Source of the DNA: Chlorobium sp.
GTDB lineage: Bacteria; Bacteroidota; Chlorobiia; Chlorobiales; Chlorobiaceae
Reading direction: 5' to 3'
Length of the DNA stretch: 64,000 nt
Assembly (NCBI GenBank): GCA_005843835.1
Contig: SZXZ01000007.1
Location: 3,747 to 67,746, forward strand
In this document: positions 40,882-51,710 of the stretch, in pieces
Position numbering within the stretch: the first letter of the stretch is position 1
How the letters are laid out: every line of letters begins with the position of its first letter
Translations under genes and position numbers: made by a program
Notes under the pieces: model-generated
What the model was told of the DNA's origin: nothing
The model's database searches: none
The model's input: only the letters and a program-made list of their open reading frames with translations

Positions 40882-42204
40882 ATGCAATTTGATCCGAACA
40901 AATTTACAATAAAGGCGCAGGAGGCATTACAGGCAGCCTCAACGCTTGCAAGCACCAGACAGCATCAGCAGATTGAACCGGAGCATTTGCTTTTGGCCAT
41001 GCTTGAAGATAAAACAAGTATTGCCGTACAGATTGCCCAGAAACTTGAAGCCCCAGCGGAGACACTGCTGTCGGCACTTGACCGTGAAATAGAAAGAATT
41101 CCGAGGGTTACGGGCGCATCAGCAACGGGTCAGTATCTTTCGCAGAATCTCGGAAAGGTTTTTGACGTGGCGCTGAAGGAAGCCGAAAAGCTTAAGGATG
41201 ATTATATCAGCTCGGAACACCTGCTTATTGCTATGAGTGAAGCTGGCCTGAATGTTTCGCGTATGCTGCAGGATTCGGGTATTAACCGTAACGCAATTCT
41301 CAAGGTTCTCACCACCATCAGGGGAACACAGCGCGTTACCAGTCAGAGCGCGGAAGAAACATATAATTCACTGAAAAAATATTCCCGTAACCTCAACGAT
41401 CAGGCCCGCAAGGGTAAACTCGATCCTGTCATAGGTCGTGATGAGGAAATTCGCAGAGTACTCCAGATTCTCAGTAGAAGGACAAAGAACAATCCAGTAT
41501 TGATTGGGGATCCTGGCGTAGGCAAGACAGCTTTGGTAGAGGGTATAGCGCAGCGAATTGTAGCCGGTGATGTTCCTGAAAACCTTAAGAGCAAACAGAT
41601 TGCAGCGCTCGATATTGCTCAGCTGGTTGCAGGAGCGAAGTTTCGCGGGGAGTTTGAAGAACGCCTGAAGGCGGTTGTCCGTGAGGTTCAGTCATCAGCT
41701 GGCGAGATTATTCTTTTTATTGATGAAATACATTTGCTTGTCGGTGCTGGTTCTGCCGAGGGCTCAATGGACGCGGCCAATATTCTCAAGCCTGCGCTGG
41801 CCCGTGGAGAACTGCGCTGTATAGGGGCCACAACGCTTGATGAGTACCGCAAGCATATCGAAAAAGATGCAGCTCTTGAGCGGAGGTTTCAGACCGTACT
41901 GGTCGACCAGCCCAGTGTTGAGGATACGGTTTCCATTTTACGCGGCTTAAAAGAAAAATATGAGATTCATCACGGTGTGCGTATAAAGGATGCAGCTATT
42001 GTTGCAGCGGCAGAACTGTCAAACCGATATATATCTGATCGTTTTTTGCCCGATAAGGCAATTGATTTAATTGATGAGGCATCTTCGCGTTTGAGGTTGG
42101 AAATAGACAGCAGTCCAGAGGAACTGGACAGGATCAACAGGGAGATACGTCGTCTTGAAATAGAGCGGGAAGCGCTGAAGAGAGAGCTTGAGGCAGGAGG
42201 GTGA
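40882..42204 (+). CDS. clpB: ClpB N-terminal half (N domain + NBD1 + start of M domain; no NBD2)
   Basis: Clp_N repeats, [53 protein letters not shown]; stops at 440 aa. Confidence 0.92.
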   Translation: MQFDPNKFTIKAQEALQAASTLASTRQHQQIEPEHLLLAMLEDKTSIAVQIAQKLEAPAETLLSALDREIERIPRVTGASATGQYLSQNLGKVFDVALKEAEKLKDDYISSEHLLIAMSEAGLNVSRMLQDSGINRNAILKVLTTIRGTQRVTSQSAEETYNSLKKYSRNLNDQARKGKLDPVIGRDEEIRRVLQILSRRTKNNPVLIGDPGVGKTALVEGIAQRIVAGDVPENLKSKQIAALDIAQLVAGAKFRGEFEERLKAVVREVQSSAGEIILFIDEIHLLVGAGSAEGSMDAANILKPALARGELRCIGATTLDEYRKHIEKDAALERRFQTVLVDQPSVEDTVSILRGLKEKYEIHHGVRIKDAAIVAAAELSNRYISDRFLPDKAIDLIDEASSRLRLEIDSSPEELDRINREIRRLEIEREALKRELEAGG

Positions 42205-42292
42205 TTTATTGGGGCGAAAATTGTACATTACTCGTTGCGTATCATTGTATGTTTTCTATGCTGAGATTTTATTAAATAATAAATAAGCGTCA

Positions 42293-42829
42293 ATGATGAA
42301 GATAATGAAATTAAGTGCCCTTGTGTTTTTGCTTGCCGGAATGTTTTATTCTACAGTTCAGGCCGGTTGGGACCCTGCCGAGCAGGATCATGCGAAAGGG
42401 GCTGTGGAGTACTTTAGGAAAAATGCGCCTTCACTGGAACGTTATTTTGAAAAAGCTTATGGTTATGTTGTCTTTTCAGATGTGTACAAGGGCGGATTTA
42501 TGATAGTAGGAGGGGGGCATGGCAATGGCTATGTCTATGAGCTTAATAATCTTGTAGGACATTCAACCATCACCCAACTCAATGTGGGACCACAGTTGGG
42601 AGGCCAGTCATTTTCTGAAATTATTTTTTTTAAGGACAAAACGACTTTTGACGATTTCAAAAAAGGTAACTTTGAGCTGAATGCCCAGGTAGCTGCAGTC
42701 GTTATTACAACAGGGATGGCAACGAATACCGATTATTCTAATGGCGTAGCAGTTTTTGTTCTTCCTAAGGCGGGAGTAATGGCAGAAGCCACAGTAGGCG
42801 GGCAAAAGTTTTCCTATCAGCAATACTGA
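42293..42829 (+). CDS. Lipid-binding SYLF (Ysc84-like) exported protein
   Basis: Signal peptide; AYGYVVF, KGGFMIVGGGHGNG, GPQLGGQ, GVMAEATVGGQKFSY. Confidence 0.85.
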   Translation: MMKIMKLSALVFLLAGMFYSTVQAGWDPAEQDHAKGAVEYFRKNAPSLERYFEKAYGYVVFSDVYKGGFMIVGGGHGNGYVYELNNLVGHSTITQLNVGPQLGGQSFSEIIFFKDKTTFDDFKKGNFELNAQVAAVVITTGMATNTDYSNGVAVFVLPKAGVMAEATVGGQKFSYQQY

Positions 42830-42849
42830 AAAGTTTTTTTATAAGCATG

Positions 42850-42882
42850 AAACACTTCGGTGTAAACCCGCCGGTGTTTTTC
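42850..42882 (+). terminator. Possible terminator after the SYLF gene
   Basis: AAACAC...GTGTTT imperfect hairpin with T tail. Confidence 0.45.
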
Positions 42883-42901
42883 AATAACGTTAATTTTTGC
42901 A

Positions 42902-44329
42902 ATGAAGTATGAATTAGTGGTGGGCCTTGAGGTCCATTGTCAGCTTAATACTGCCAGTAAAGCTTTTTGCGGATGTTCAGCACTATTTGGTAAACCGGCC
43001 AATAGTAATGTATGCCCTGTTTGTCTTGCTCTTCCGGGAGCCCTGCCTGTGCTCAACCGTCAAGTAGTTGAAGATGCGGTTAAACTTGGTCTTGCAATGG
43101 GATGCACCATTGCATCAAGTTCGGTTCTTGCCAGAAAAAACTATTTTTACCCTGATTTGCCGAAAGGGTATCAGATTTCGCAGTTTGAAGAGCCAATTTG
43201 CAGTGAAGGAGTTCTCTTGATTGATGCTGGCGAGGGCGAAAAAGTTATAAGGCTGATCAGAATTCATATAGAAGAGGATGCCGGAAAGTCCATTCACGAT
43301 ATCGGTGAGGATACCTATATCGACCTCAATCGAAGCGGTGTACCATTGCTTGAAATAGTCAGTTATCCTGATATGCGTACACCGAAAGAGGCGTCAGCAT
43401 ACCTCCAGAAAGTGCGGCAGATTGTTAAATACCTTGGTATTTCGGATGGCAATATGGAGGAAGGAAGCCTGCGATGCGATGCAAACGTATCATTGCGTCC
43501 TGTTGGTGCAACGGAGTACGGCACCCGAACTGAGATCAAGAATATGAACTCGTTCAAGAATGTTGAAAAAGCCATAGAGTATGAGGCTGGTCGGCATCAG
43601 GATATACTTGAAAGCGGTGGTGTCATTGTGCAGGAAACCAGACTCTGGGATGCAGACAAGGGTGAGACCCGTTCAATGAGGGGAAAAGAGTTTGCTCATG
43701 ATTATCGTTATTTCCCGGATCCTGATCTGATTCCGGTGCTTGTAGATCAGGAAATGCTTGATCGAATGCAAAGTGAACTTCCTGAGTTTCCGGAAATTCG
43801 TGCCAACCGTTTTGTCGCAGAGTATGCCATTCCGACGTATGATGCCGCTGTACTTACAGTCGAAAGGGAAGTCGCTGATTATTTTGAAGAGACAGTTAGG
43901 GTTTCAGGCGATACAAAGGCCTCTTCGAACTGGGTGATGGGGGAGGTAATGCGTACACTGAAAGAAAAGTATCTTGATATTGCTGAGTTTTCAATTGAAC
44001 CTGAAAGGCTTGGCGGGTTGGTTCGTCTTATTGGTGATGGGATGATCAGTAATACTATTGCCAAGCAGGTTTTTGAACTGATGCAGCAGAGTGTCGAAAG
44101 TGCATTGGAGATTGTTGAACGGGAAGGGCTTGCTCAAGTTTCAGATACAGGTGCGATAGAGGTTGTTGTCAATGAAATTTTAGAGGCTAATCCAGGCCAG
44201 CTTGCAGCCTATCGCGGAGGTAAAACGAAGCTGCTTGGATTTTTTGTCGGGCAGTGCATGAGCCGGATGAAAGGAAAGGCAAATCCCCAGATGGTCAATG
44301 ATGTGCTCTTGAAGAAACTTGAAATGTGA
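42902..44329 (+). CDS. gatB: Asp/Glu-tRNA amidotransferase subunit B
   Basis: [50 protein letters not shown]. Confidence 0.98.
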   Translation: MKYELVVGLEVHCQLNTASKAFCGCSALFGKPANSNVCPVCLALPGALPVLNRQVVEDAVKLGLAMGCTIASSSVLARKNYFYPDLPKGYQISQFEEPICSEGVLLIDAGEGEKVIRLIRIHIEEDAGKSIHDIGEDTYIDLNRSGVPLLEIVSYPDMRTPKEASAYLQKVRQIVKYLGISDGNMEEGSLRCDANVSLRPVGATEYGTRTEIKNMNSFKNVEKAIEYEAGRHQDILESGGVIVQETRLWDADKGETRSMRGKEFAHDYRYFPDPDLIPVLVDQEMLDRMQSELPEFPEIRANRFVAEYAIPTYDAAVLTVEREVADYFEETVRVSGDTKASSNWVMGEVMRTLKEKYLDIAEFSIEPERLGGLVRLIGDGMISNTIAKQVFELMQQSVESALEIVEREGLAQVSDTGAIEVVVNEILEANPGQLAAYRGGKTKLLGFFVGQCMSRMKGKANPQMVNDVLLKKLEM

Positions 44330-44335
44330 TCTGTT

Positions 44336-44593
44336 TCAGGATACGCTGTCGAAGAGGTCTTTGGTGCGTGGAGTATCCGGCCAGGTCTTAGCGAGTTCAG
44401 GATTTATAACCTCTATTTTTTTTCGGGCTTCCTGCAGCCTTTTTTTACAGTTGTCGGCAATGTTAAGCCCCTCTTCATAGAGTGATATAGATTTTTCAAG
44501 GCCGGTTTCTGGATTTTCAATATTTCGGGTTATTTCCTCAAGCCGAGATATAAGTTCCTCAATAGCTGGTTTGCCAGAATGAGATGGTGTCAT
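44336..44593 (-). CDS. xseB: Exodeoxyribonuclease VII small subunit
   Basis: EELISRLEEI...LEKSISLYEEG...CKKRLQEA. Confidence 0.9.
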   Translation of the reverse strand: MTPSHSGKPAIEELISRLEEITRNIENPETGLEKSISLYEEGLNIADNCKKRLQEARKKIEVINPELAKTWPDTPRTKDLFDSVS

Positions 44594-44665
44594 AAGTTAT
44601 TATGGTTAAGATGTTGTTCATGAAAATAGTTAAAGGGAAAGATTATTCAAAAGGCAGGTGTGTGA

Positions 44666-45679
44666 GTGAAGTTTGTTGATAGTGCGTCCATTTTTGTTCA
44701 AGCCGGAGACGGCGGAAAAGGTTGTGTCAGTTTTCGCAGGGAAAAATTTGTTCCTAAGGGGGGACCTGATGGCGGTGATGGAGGTCGAGGAGGTCATGTA
44801 TGGCTGAGAACTAACCGACAGCTGACAACTCTTCTGGATTTCAAGTATAAAAAGAAGTATATCGCTGTTCGAGGTGTACACGGACAGGGAGCCAGAAAAA
44901 CCGGAAAAGATGGTGGTGATATTGTTATAGATGTGCCTTGTGGTACGATTGTCAGAAATGCAGAAACCCATGAGATCATTGCTGATTTGACTGGTGAAGA
45001 TCAGGAAATATTAATCGCAAAAGGCGGGAAAGGCGGTCGTGGAAACCAGCATTTTGCCACACCTACTCGTCAGGCTCCCCGATATGCAGAGCCAGGTCAG
45101 AAGGGTGAAGAACTGACCCTCGAAATGGAGCTGAAGCTTATGGCTGATGTGGGGTTGGTTGGTTTTCCAAATGCCGGAAAGTCTACGCTTATTTCCGTGA
45201 TCAGCGCGGCGAAACCAAAAATTGCTGATTATCCATTCACCACATTAGTACCAAATTTAGGTATTGTTCGTTATGAGGAGTACAAGTCTTTTGTGATGGC
45301 CGACATACCTGGAATTATTGAGGGCGCAGCAGAGGGAAAGGGCCTTGGCCTGCAGTTTCTTCGTCATATTGAACGTACCAAAATACTTGCCATTCTGGTT
45401 TCGGTCGATGCCTTGGATATTATGGTAGAATATCGGACACTTCTTGGTGAGCTTGAAAAATTTGAGCGGTCACTGCTCGACAAGCCACGGGTAGTAGTTG
45501 TAACAAAAATGGATATTGCTCCCGAAGGGTTTGAAATTCCAATTTTTGAAGCAGGAATAAAAGTGCTTCCAATTTCGAGTGTGTCAGGACAGGGACTCAA
45601 GGAACTGAAGGATGAACTTTGGAAAGAGGTATCGGCTCGAGTCAGGAGCTCTGAATCCTTGGAAGAGGGGCTCGGGTAG
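44666..45679 (+). CDS. obgE: GTPase ObgE/CgtA
   Basis: FVD...[44 protein letters not shown]; GTG start. Confidence 0.98.
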   Translation: MKFVDSASIFVQAGDGGKGCVSFRREKFVPKGGPDGGDGGRGGHVWLRTNRQLTTLLDFKYKKKYIAVRGVHGQGARKTGKDGGDIVIDVPCGTIVRNAETHEIIADLTGEDQEILIAKGGKGGRGNQHFATPTRQAPRYAEPGQKGEELTLEMELKLMADVGLVGFPNAGKSTLISVISAAKPKIADYPFTTLVPNLGIVRYEEYKSFVMADIPGIIEGAAEGKGLGLQFLRHIERTKILAILVSVDALDIMVEYRTLLGELEKFERSLLDKPRVVVVTKMDIAPEGFEIPIFEAGIKVLPISSVSGQGLKELKDELWKEVSARVRSSESLEEGLG

Positions 45680-45681
45680 AT

Positions 45682-46149
45682 ATGCAGCATCATGAACTCG
45701 ACGTCAGATATGCGCGTCTGGCTGATGCACCGGCAATTTCCGCTATCACTGCGGAGTATGCACGACAGGGAATTATGCTGGAACGTACTGATGACAATAT
45801 TGTTGAAAATATTCGTAATTTTTTTGTAGCCGAATATAATGGCGAGGTAATAGGGTGCTGTGCTATTGCATTCTATACCTTAAAACTAGCTGAAATCCGT
45901 TCACTCGCAGTCTTTAACCGTTATAAAAAGAAAGGAATAGGCCGCCTGCTGGTTGAAAAGGCGGAATCGGTTTTACGAGAAGAAGGTGTCAGCGAGGTTT
46001 TTGTTTTGACCTTGAGTGATGAGTTTTTCAGGCGCATCGGGTACCGTGAAATTCAGAAAGAGTATTTTCCTCAGAAAATATGGAGGGATTGCACTCATTG
46101 TCCCAAGCTTATGGCATGCGATGAGACAGCAATGATGAAAAAACTCTAA
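45682..46149 (+). CDS. GNAT acetyltransferase, short N-acetylglutamate synthase (ArgA)-like
   Basis: AEIRSLAV...GIGR.LV, VFVLT, FF..GY, PQKIWRDC..CPK..ACDE. Confidence 0.82.
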   Translation: MQHHELDVRYARLADAPAISAITAEYARQGIMLERTDDNIVENIRNFFVAEYNGEVIGCCAIAFYTLKLAEIRSLAVFNRYKKKGIGRLLVEKAESVLREEGVSEVFVLTLSDEFFRRIGYREIQKEYFPQKIWRDCTHCPKLMACDETAMMKKL

Positions 46150-46207
46150 AAGACGACTAAGCCATTCAACGTAGAGAGTTAATCAAACAAACAGGTACGG
46201 CACATTT

Positions 46208-46474
46208 GTGATTGTCAAGGAAGTTATAGTTAAAAACAAGGCCGGGCTTCATACCAGGCCAGCGGCATCAGTCGTAAAACTTGCATCTCGTTTTAAATCA
46301 GATTTTTATATCGAAATGGAAGGCGTTGAGATTAATGCCAAGTCTATTATTGGTGTAATGAGCTTGGCTGCCCCGAAAGGAACGAGGTTGACTCTCAAAC
46401 TTGACGGTGAGGATGCAGTTGAGGCAGCTCGGCAGTTGGTTGATTTTTTCGAACAGGGGTTTGGAGAACAATAG
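46208..46474 (+). CDS. ptsH: Phosphocarrier protein HPr
   Basis: GLHTRPA (His15) and NAKSIIGVMSL (Ser46). Confidence 0.95.
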   Translation: MIVKEVIVKNKAGLHTRPAASVVKLASRFKSDFYIEMEGVEINAKSIIGVMSLAAPKGTRLTLKLDGEDAVEAARQLVDFFEQGFGEQ

Positions 46475-46498
46475 TCTGAAAATTGTCCAAGAGCGTTA

Positions 46499-47641
46499 TT
46501 GAAACCGTTACGGATAGCATTTATCACTCCCTTTTATCCCCTGAAGGGTGGTATAGCCCGCTTCAGCGGACTTTTTAAAAATGCACTTAGAGCCAGAGGA
46601 TATGATGTTGTTCCAGTAGCATTCCAGGCCCTGTATCCGGAATTTATATCAAAAGGAGCTGTTGACGGTGCAAAAATTCTTGATGCCGTTTATTCTGCAG
46701 AGATTCCCCTGGTGCTCTATAACCCGTTTTCCTGGTTCCAGGCAATCCGTTATATAAAGTTAATGAAGCCTGACATCCTGCTTGCCGCTTACTGGACAGG
46801 ACTCCTGGCACCATTGTATTATATGATGCGTCGTTTGACCGGCATAAAAATGGTTGTGCTGCTCCACAATTTTTCTTCCCATGAATCCTTTTTTTTCGAC
46901 CCTTTCATGCGTCGGCTGTTAGCAGCTTTTGCTGATGGATTTTTGACCCTCTCTAATGCAGTCTCTCAAGAGGTGAAAGCTGCGGTGCCTGAAACTCATG
47001 TTTTACCCCTGTTTCATCCTACCTATGAACCGGAAAAGGAAATACCTTCCAGACGTTATGCCCGCAGAGAGTTAAACCTTGATGAGGGTTGTCCGGTACT
47101 GCTGTTTTTTGGTTATGTACGCGCTTATAAAGGGCTTGATATCATACTTCGGTCAATGCCTGCAATCCTGCAGAAAGAACCATCCCTGAGGCTTGTTGTT
47201 GCAGGACAGTTTATAGACGATCATTATATTACGAAACGGCTCATTCAGCAACTTGGTATAGGCAGCAGCGTTGATATGTATCCAGGTTATGTTTCAAGTG
47301 AGCGAAGTGCTCTTTTATTTGGAGCTGCTGATGCCGTTGTTCTCCCTTATCGACATGCGACACAGTCAGGTGTTGTCCAGCTCTCCTATGGCTATAAACT
47401 GCCTGTTATTGTCACTCCGGCAGGTGCATTGCCTGAAATGGTCCGTCATGGCGAAACAGGATGGATTGCACGTGATTGCACCCCCGAAGCTTTTGCAACG
47501 GCTGTCGGTGAGTTTCTTGAAACAAGAAAAGATCTGACTGCGGTCCGGTCAGCGATAGAAACGTTTCGCAAGGATTATTCCTGGGAGGATTTTGCTGCAG
47601 CTGCCGGTAGTTTTCTTGAACAAGAATCTTTCCGGAGATAA
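46499..47641 (+). CDS. Glycosyltransferase family 4 (GT-B)
   Basis: PLKGGIA, LFFGYVRAYKGLD, ADAVVLPY..ATQSGV, GALPEMV. Confidence 0.92.
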   Translation: MKPLRIAFITPFYPLKGGIARFSGLFKNALRARGYDVVPVAFQALYPEFISKGAVDGAKILDAVYSAEIPLVLYNPFSWFQAIRYIKLMKPDILLAAYWTGLLAPLYYMMRRLTGIKMVVLLHNFSSHESFFFDPFMRRLLAAFADGFLTLSNAVSQEVKAAVPETHVLPLFHPTYEPEKEIPSRRYARRELNLDEGCPVLLFFGYVRAYKGLDIILRSMPAILQKEPSLRLVVAGQFIDDHYITKRLIQQLGIGSSVDMYPGYVSSERSALLFGAADAVVLPYRHATQSGVVQLSYGYKLPVIVTPAGALPEMVRHGETGWIARDCTPEAFATAVGEFLETRKDLTAVRSAIETFRKDYSWEDFAAAAGSFLEQESFRR

Positions 47642-47646
47642 GCCGG

Positions 47647-48531
47647 ATGTACGATGTGACCTGGATTGTTGTACTGAACTGGAACGGTGTTGAGGATACT
47701 CTTGACTGTCTCGGTTCGCTTAAGGAGGTCATCTCCCCATCATGCAGAATCCTTGTTGTAGATAATGGCTCGACCGACCGCTCTATTCAGCAGATAAGGG
47801 AGTCATTTGGTAATATTGAGATGCTTCTTTTACCAACGAATATTGGCTATGCTGCTGCTAATAATGCAGGGTTCAGGCGGGTTATGGAACTTCATGCTGC
47901 CTATGTGATTTTTTTGAATAATGATACCATTGTTGATCCTGGTTTTTTGGTGCCACTTGTAGAAACTTTGCAGAAAAAACCCTCAGTCGGAATTGCAGTA
48001 CCTAAAATATTCTATCGGGACCGTCCGGACACTCTCTGGTATGCGGGAGGGATTGTCAACCTTTCGACCGGACTTATCAGTCATGTCGGGCTCAGGAAAA
48101 AAGATAGTCCTGAATTCAATCATTCCTGCACTACAGGATATGCTACAGGATGTTGCCTTGCCATGCGAAGCAGCGATTTTGAAGCTGTTGGAGGTTTTGA
48201 CGAAACGTTCAGGATGTACGCCGAAGATGTTGATCTATCACTGCGAATCGGAAATTTGGGGATGAGTATTGAATATGTTCCATCGTCAAGGGTATGGCAT
48301 AAGGTTTCAGCATCATTTCATGGCAATCCATTACTGAAGCTTGTAAAAAAAAGTGTCGGGATTATTTTGCTTCTTGCAAAGTATCGCGTATGGAGCGGCA
48401 TGGTCTGTTATGTAGTTATGCTTCCCCTTCGACTTGCCGGAAGTTTTAGGCAAGTCAAGAAAGATAAGGATCAAGGGACCCCTAAAACAAGGAGGCGGCA
48501 GAATGCCGAAGACTTGCAGAACCGTCATTGA
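47647..48531 (+). CDS. Glycosyltransferase family 2
   Basis: VVLNWNG, VVDNGSTD, NIGYAAANN, FLNNDT, GGFDE.F.MYAEDVDL. Confidence 0.93.
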   Translation: MYDVTWIVVLNWNGVEDTLDCLGSLKEVISPSCRILVVDNGSTDRSIQQIRESFGNIEMLLLPTNIGYAAANNAGFRRVMELHAAYVIFLNNDTIVDPGFLVPLVETLQKKPSVGIAVPKIFYRDRPDTLWYAGGIVNLSTGLISHVGLRKKDSPEFNHSCTTGYATGCCLAMRSSDFEAVGGFDETFRMYAEDVDLSLRIGNLGMSIEYVPSSRVWHKVSASFHGNPLLKLVKKSVGIILLLAKYRVWSGMVCYVVMLPLRLAGSFRQVKKDKDQGTPKTRRRQNAEDLQNRH

Positions 48532-49066
48532 TGAGCACTATCTCAATGATCCGGCACATAAAATGCGCTGGAGGAAAACCGTCAACTTTATCAGCCGCTC
48601 TTCTTTATCAGGCGCTCAATGTTCAAAAGGCCTTGATCTGGGAGACCGTACTCCCATTACCGCATCCCTTGAGCAGCTTTTCGGGTGTATGTTCGAAAAT
48701 ACAACTGCAGATCTTGATATAGCATCACTGGAAGGATCTTTTGGGGTTGTTACTGCTTTTGAGGTACTCGAGCACCTCTTCAACCCTCTTCATACACTGC
48801 TTGAGGTCAAACAGCTCATAAATGGTGATCGTTCCCGGCTTTTTGTTTCGATGCCTCTCAGGAAACCGCTATTTCTTTCAAGCCCGGATCATTTTCATGA
48901 AATGAGTCGACGCTCAGCGCTCTCTCTTTTTACCCGCGCGGGCTTTATGGTTGTCAGAAGCGAGGAGTTTCGTATCCGTCCCCTGTTGTTTTATCTTACA
49001 GGATTTAAACCGCTTCTGCGGGCATTGTTTGAAAAAGTACAGATTTATGAACTTGCCGTTCAATAG
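48503..49066 (+). CDS. Class I SAM-dependent methyltransferase-like protein
   Basis: LDLGD, FGVVTAFEVLEHLFNP, HFHE; GGAGG RBS before ATG 48503. Confidence 0.75.
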   Translation: MPKTCRTVIDEHYLNDPAHKMRWRKTVNFISRSSLSGAQCSKGLDLGDRTPITASLEQLFGCMFENTTADLDIASLEGSFGVVTAFEVLEHLFNPLHTLLEVKQLINGDRSRLFVSMPLRKPLFLSSPDHFHEMSRRSALSLFTRAGFMVVRSEEFRIRPLLFYLTGFKPLLRALFEKVQIYELAVQ

Positions 49067-50216
49067 CGGAATACCGTCTCAACAATCCTACAGTCTTGTC
49101 TGGTTTTCTGAGATTCAATGGGATTTTCTCTCAACACGTAAGCAGCGTCTTCTTGCGAGGTTTCCGGAAAATTGGCGAATTCTCTTTATTGAACCCTATA
49201 CTATAGGGCGTCGCCATCATTGGTTACCAGTAAAAAGGGGGCACGTCTGGGTAGTAAGTGTTCCTTTTTTAAAAAGTGTACCATTCAGGATAGGGGCTCT
49301 GCTCAACAACCCTTTGTTCCGTAGCCTTGTGTCGCTGCCCGGGATTGTTCTGATGTTATTCTGGATTACTGTTCTCAGATTTGCATCCAGAGAAAGAATC
49401 ATAGGTCTGAGCAATGTCTACTGGGGAAAGGTGGCCGCCTTCATGCAATGTAGGTTCAGGTTTTATGATGCCAACGATGATCATCTTTCTTTTCCCGGGA
49501 CTCCACCATGGCTCAAAGGGTATCTGGAAACCTACCTTGCAAGCGTTCACCTGCTTTTCAGTGTGAGCCCGGAGCTTACAGACCGCCTTCCGGTGCCGCC
49601 TTATATACCATGTATAGATCTTGGCAACGGTGTTGAGTTCAGTCATTTCGCCACTCCATGTCATCAACTGCCGGCAGGACTATCAGGGTTGAAGAAACCG
49701 ATTCTCGGCTATGTAGGAGCCATGGACTGGCTTGATACTGATCTCGTTGCAGCTACGGCAAAATCATGGCCCGAGTACTCGATTGTTCTTATCGGTCCGG
49801 CTTATGAACGGGGCTGGTGGAAAAAACAGATAACCCTGAACGTGATGCCAAATGTTTTTTATGCAGGCAAAGTGGATTACTTGCAACTGCCGGCTTGGGT
49901 ACAGCACTTCGATCTTGCATTGATGCCTCTATTGAGTAATGAGCTTAAAGGGGTTTCTCATCCCAACAAGCTTTATGAATATAGTGCTTCTGGTGTACCG
50001 GTGCTTTCTATGAACTACTGCAGCGCAGTATACAGAGCGCGAGAAGTTGTTCATATTGCAGCATCTCATGAAGAATTCATCCGTATGGTCCCGGAAGCTA
50101 TAGCCGATAAGCGCAAAGAGGCACGACAGGCATTTGCCCGACAACACAGTTGGGATGCACTTGCAGCAACAATGGTTCAGGAATTGCAGAACGCTTATCA
50201 GGAGCATTCGCTTTGA
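49047..50216 (+). CDS. Glycosyltransferase (GT-B, TuaH-like)
   Basis: WDFLSTRKQ, YDANDD, NGVEFSHF, GYVGAM, PNKLYEYSASGVPV. Confidence 0.88.
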   Translation: MNLPFNSGIPSQQSYSLVWFSEIQWDFLSTRKQRLLARFPENWRILFIEPYTIGRRHHWLPVKRGHVWVVSVPFLKSVPFRIGALLNNPLFRSLVSLPGIVLMLFWITVLRFASRERIIGLSNVYWGKVAAFMQCRFRFYDANDDHLSFPGTPPWLKGYLETYLASVHLLFSVSPELTDRLPVPPYIPCIDLGNGVEFSHFATPCHQLPAGLSGLKKPILGYVGAMDWLDTDLVAATAKSWPEYSIVLIGPAYERGWWKKQITLNVMPNVFYAGKVDYLQLPAWVQHFDLALMPLLSNELKGVSHPNKLYEYSASGVPVLSMNYCSAVYRAREVVHIAASHEEFIRMVPEAIADKRKEARQAFARQHSWDALAATMVQELQNAYQEHSL

Positions 50217-51706
50217 ACCGCAATAATATAATTGCAGGTCAGGCAGGGTTTTCCTTTGCAGGACTTCTTTTCGGACAGGCCTCCCGGTTCGGGTTTAACC
50301 TCCTTGTCGCCAGAGTGTTTGATGCTGATGCTCTCGGCACTTACGCTCTAGCTGTTGCTGTTATTCAGATTTCAGAGGTACTTGCTGTAGCCGGACTTGA
50401 TTCAGGATTATTGCGCTTTGTGAGTATTAATTGCGGTGATTCACTCCGTCAAAGGGCTGTTATCAGTTCTGCCCTTAAAACCAGTCTGTTTCTTTCTCTC
50501 CTTGTTGCACTACTTCTGTTTCTCTTTTCCGGTCATATAGCCATAATGCTTAACGGAAGCCATTTGTTGCAACTCACTCTCTGTTGTTATGCAGCGGCTA
50601 TACCCTTTAATGTAGCTACAATGCTTTATGGACATGCAATTCAGGGATACAAGAAGCTTCAACCTAAAATCATTGCTACCCAGATAGTTAATCCACTTTT
50701 GTTGCTTCTTTTAACACTCCTATTCCGATTCACTGCAGGACAGAAAGCGGCTCTTTTTTTCCCTTTTGCACTGTCGGCAACGCTCGCATTTATCTGGATT
50801 CGCCCCTATTTGTCGAAAATCAGCGGTGTATTGACACGAGATATTATTCGTGCCGGATCAGACAGAAGTATGATGCTTTATGCATTACCTTTTATGGTAG
50901 TCTCGCTGTTGAGTATGATCACGCACTGGCTCGATGTCGTGATGCTCGGTATGCTCACCGATACAGCAACCGTTGGGCTTTATCATCCTGCTGCCAGAAC
51001 AGCTGGCCTTATCCGAGCCGTACTTTTGGCTTTTGCCGGCATTGCAGCGCCCATGATAGCTGCACTCCATACCGGGAGTGACAATGCTGAGATAGGAAGA
51101 ATCTATAAAATGGTGACTCGCTGGATTCTTGGGATTGTTGTTCCGCCGGTTATACTTTTCATGCTTCTTCCCGAAACAGTACTTGGAATTTTCGGTACTC
51201 GGTTTACAGCTGGAAGTAACGCTCTTATATTGTTGACATCGGCATCGTTTCTGCAGGTCTGTTTTGGCCTCTCTTCGACAGTGTTGGCTATGACAGGTTA
51301 TGCACGGCTCAGTCTTTTCAATGCCTTAGGGGCACTTGGGTTGCAGGTTGCACTAAACCTGATATTGATACCGCAGATGGGGATAAACGGTGCCGCCTTG
51401 GCAACATTACTTGTTTTTTTAATCCTTTCATCTATCCGGCTTATCGAGGTATACACTCTCTTGAAGATTCATCCTTTCGGAAAAGCATTATGGAAGCCTT
51501 TTGCAGCAGGTCTCTGTACAGCAGCACTCCTGATGGTTGCGCGTCCCTGGTTGCTGAGTCTTTCGATAGTTACCGGATTATTGACCGGCGCACTTCTTTC
51601 TGTTTTCAGTTATTCCATATTGATGTTGATGTTGAAGCTGGAACATGAAGAAAGAGAGATTATTTTCAAATTCATACCCTTTATTAATAAGGAAACAAAG
51701 CTATAA
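50213..51706 (+). CDS. Polysaccharide flippase (Wzx/MOP superfamily)
   Basis: 12-14 TM; LGTYALA, DVVMLG...VGLY, NLILIPQMGINGAALAT; TTG start overlaps the upstream TGA. Confidence 0.9.
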   Translation: MNRNNIIAGQAGFSFAGLLFGQASRFGFNLLVARVFDADALGTYALAVAVIQISEVLAVAGLDSGLLRFVSINCGDSLRQRAVISSALKTSLFLSLLVALLLFLFSGHIAIMLNGSHLLQLTLCCYAAAIPFNVATMLYGHAIQGYKKLQPKIIATQIVNPLLLLLLTLLFRFTAGQKAALFFPFALSATLAFIWIRPYLSKISGVLTRDIIRAGSDRSMMLYALPFMVVSLLSMITHWLDVVMLGMLTDTATVGLYHPAARTAGLIRAVLLAFAGIAAPMIAALHTGSDNAEIGRIYKMVTRWILGIVVPPVILFMLLPETVLGIFGTRFTAGSNALILLTSASFLQVCFGLSSTVLAMTGYARLSLFNALGALGLQVALNLILIPQMGINGAALATLLVFLILSSIRLIEVYTLLKIHPFGKALWKPFAAGLCTAALLMVARPWLLSLSIVTGLLTGALLSVFSYSILMLMLKLEHEEREIIFKFIPFINKETKL

Positions 51707-51710
51707 CGTT

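Noticed and set aside
42180-42292. Programmed frameshift or readthrough restoring full-length ClpB
   Set aside because: Only 88 AT-rich bp precede the next unrelated gene, and no NBD2 sequence follows.
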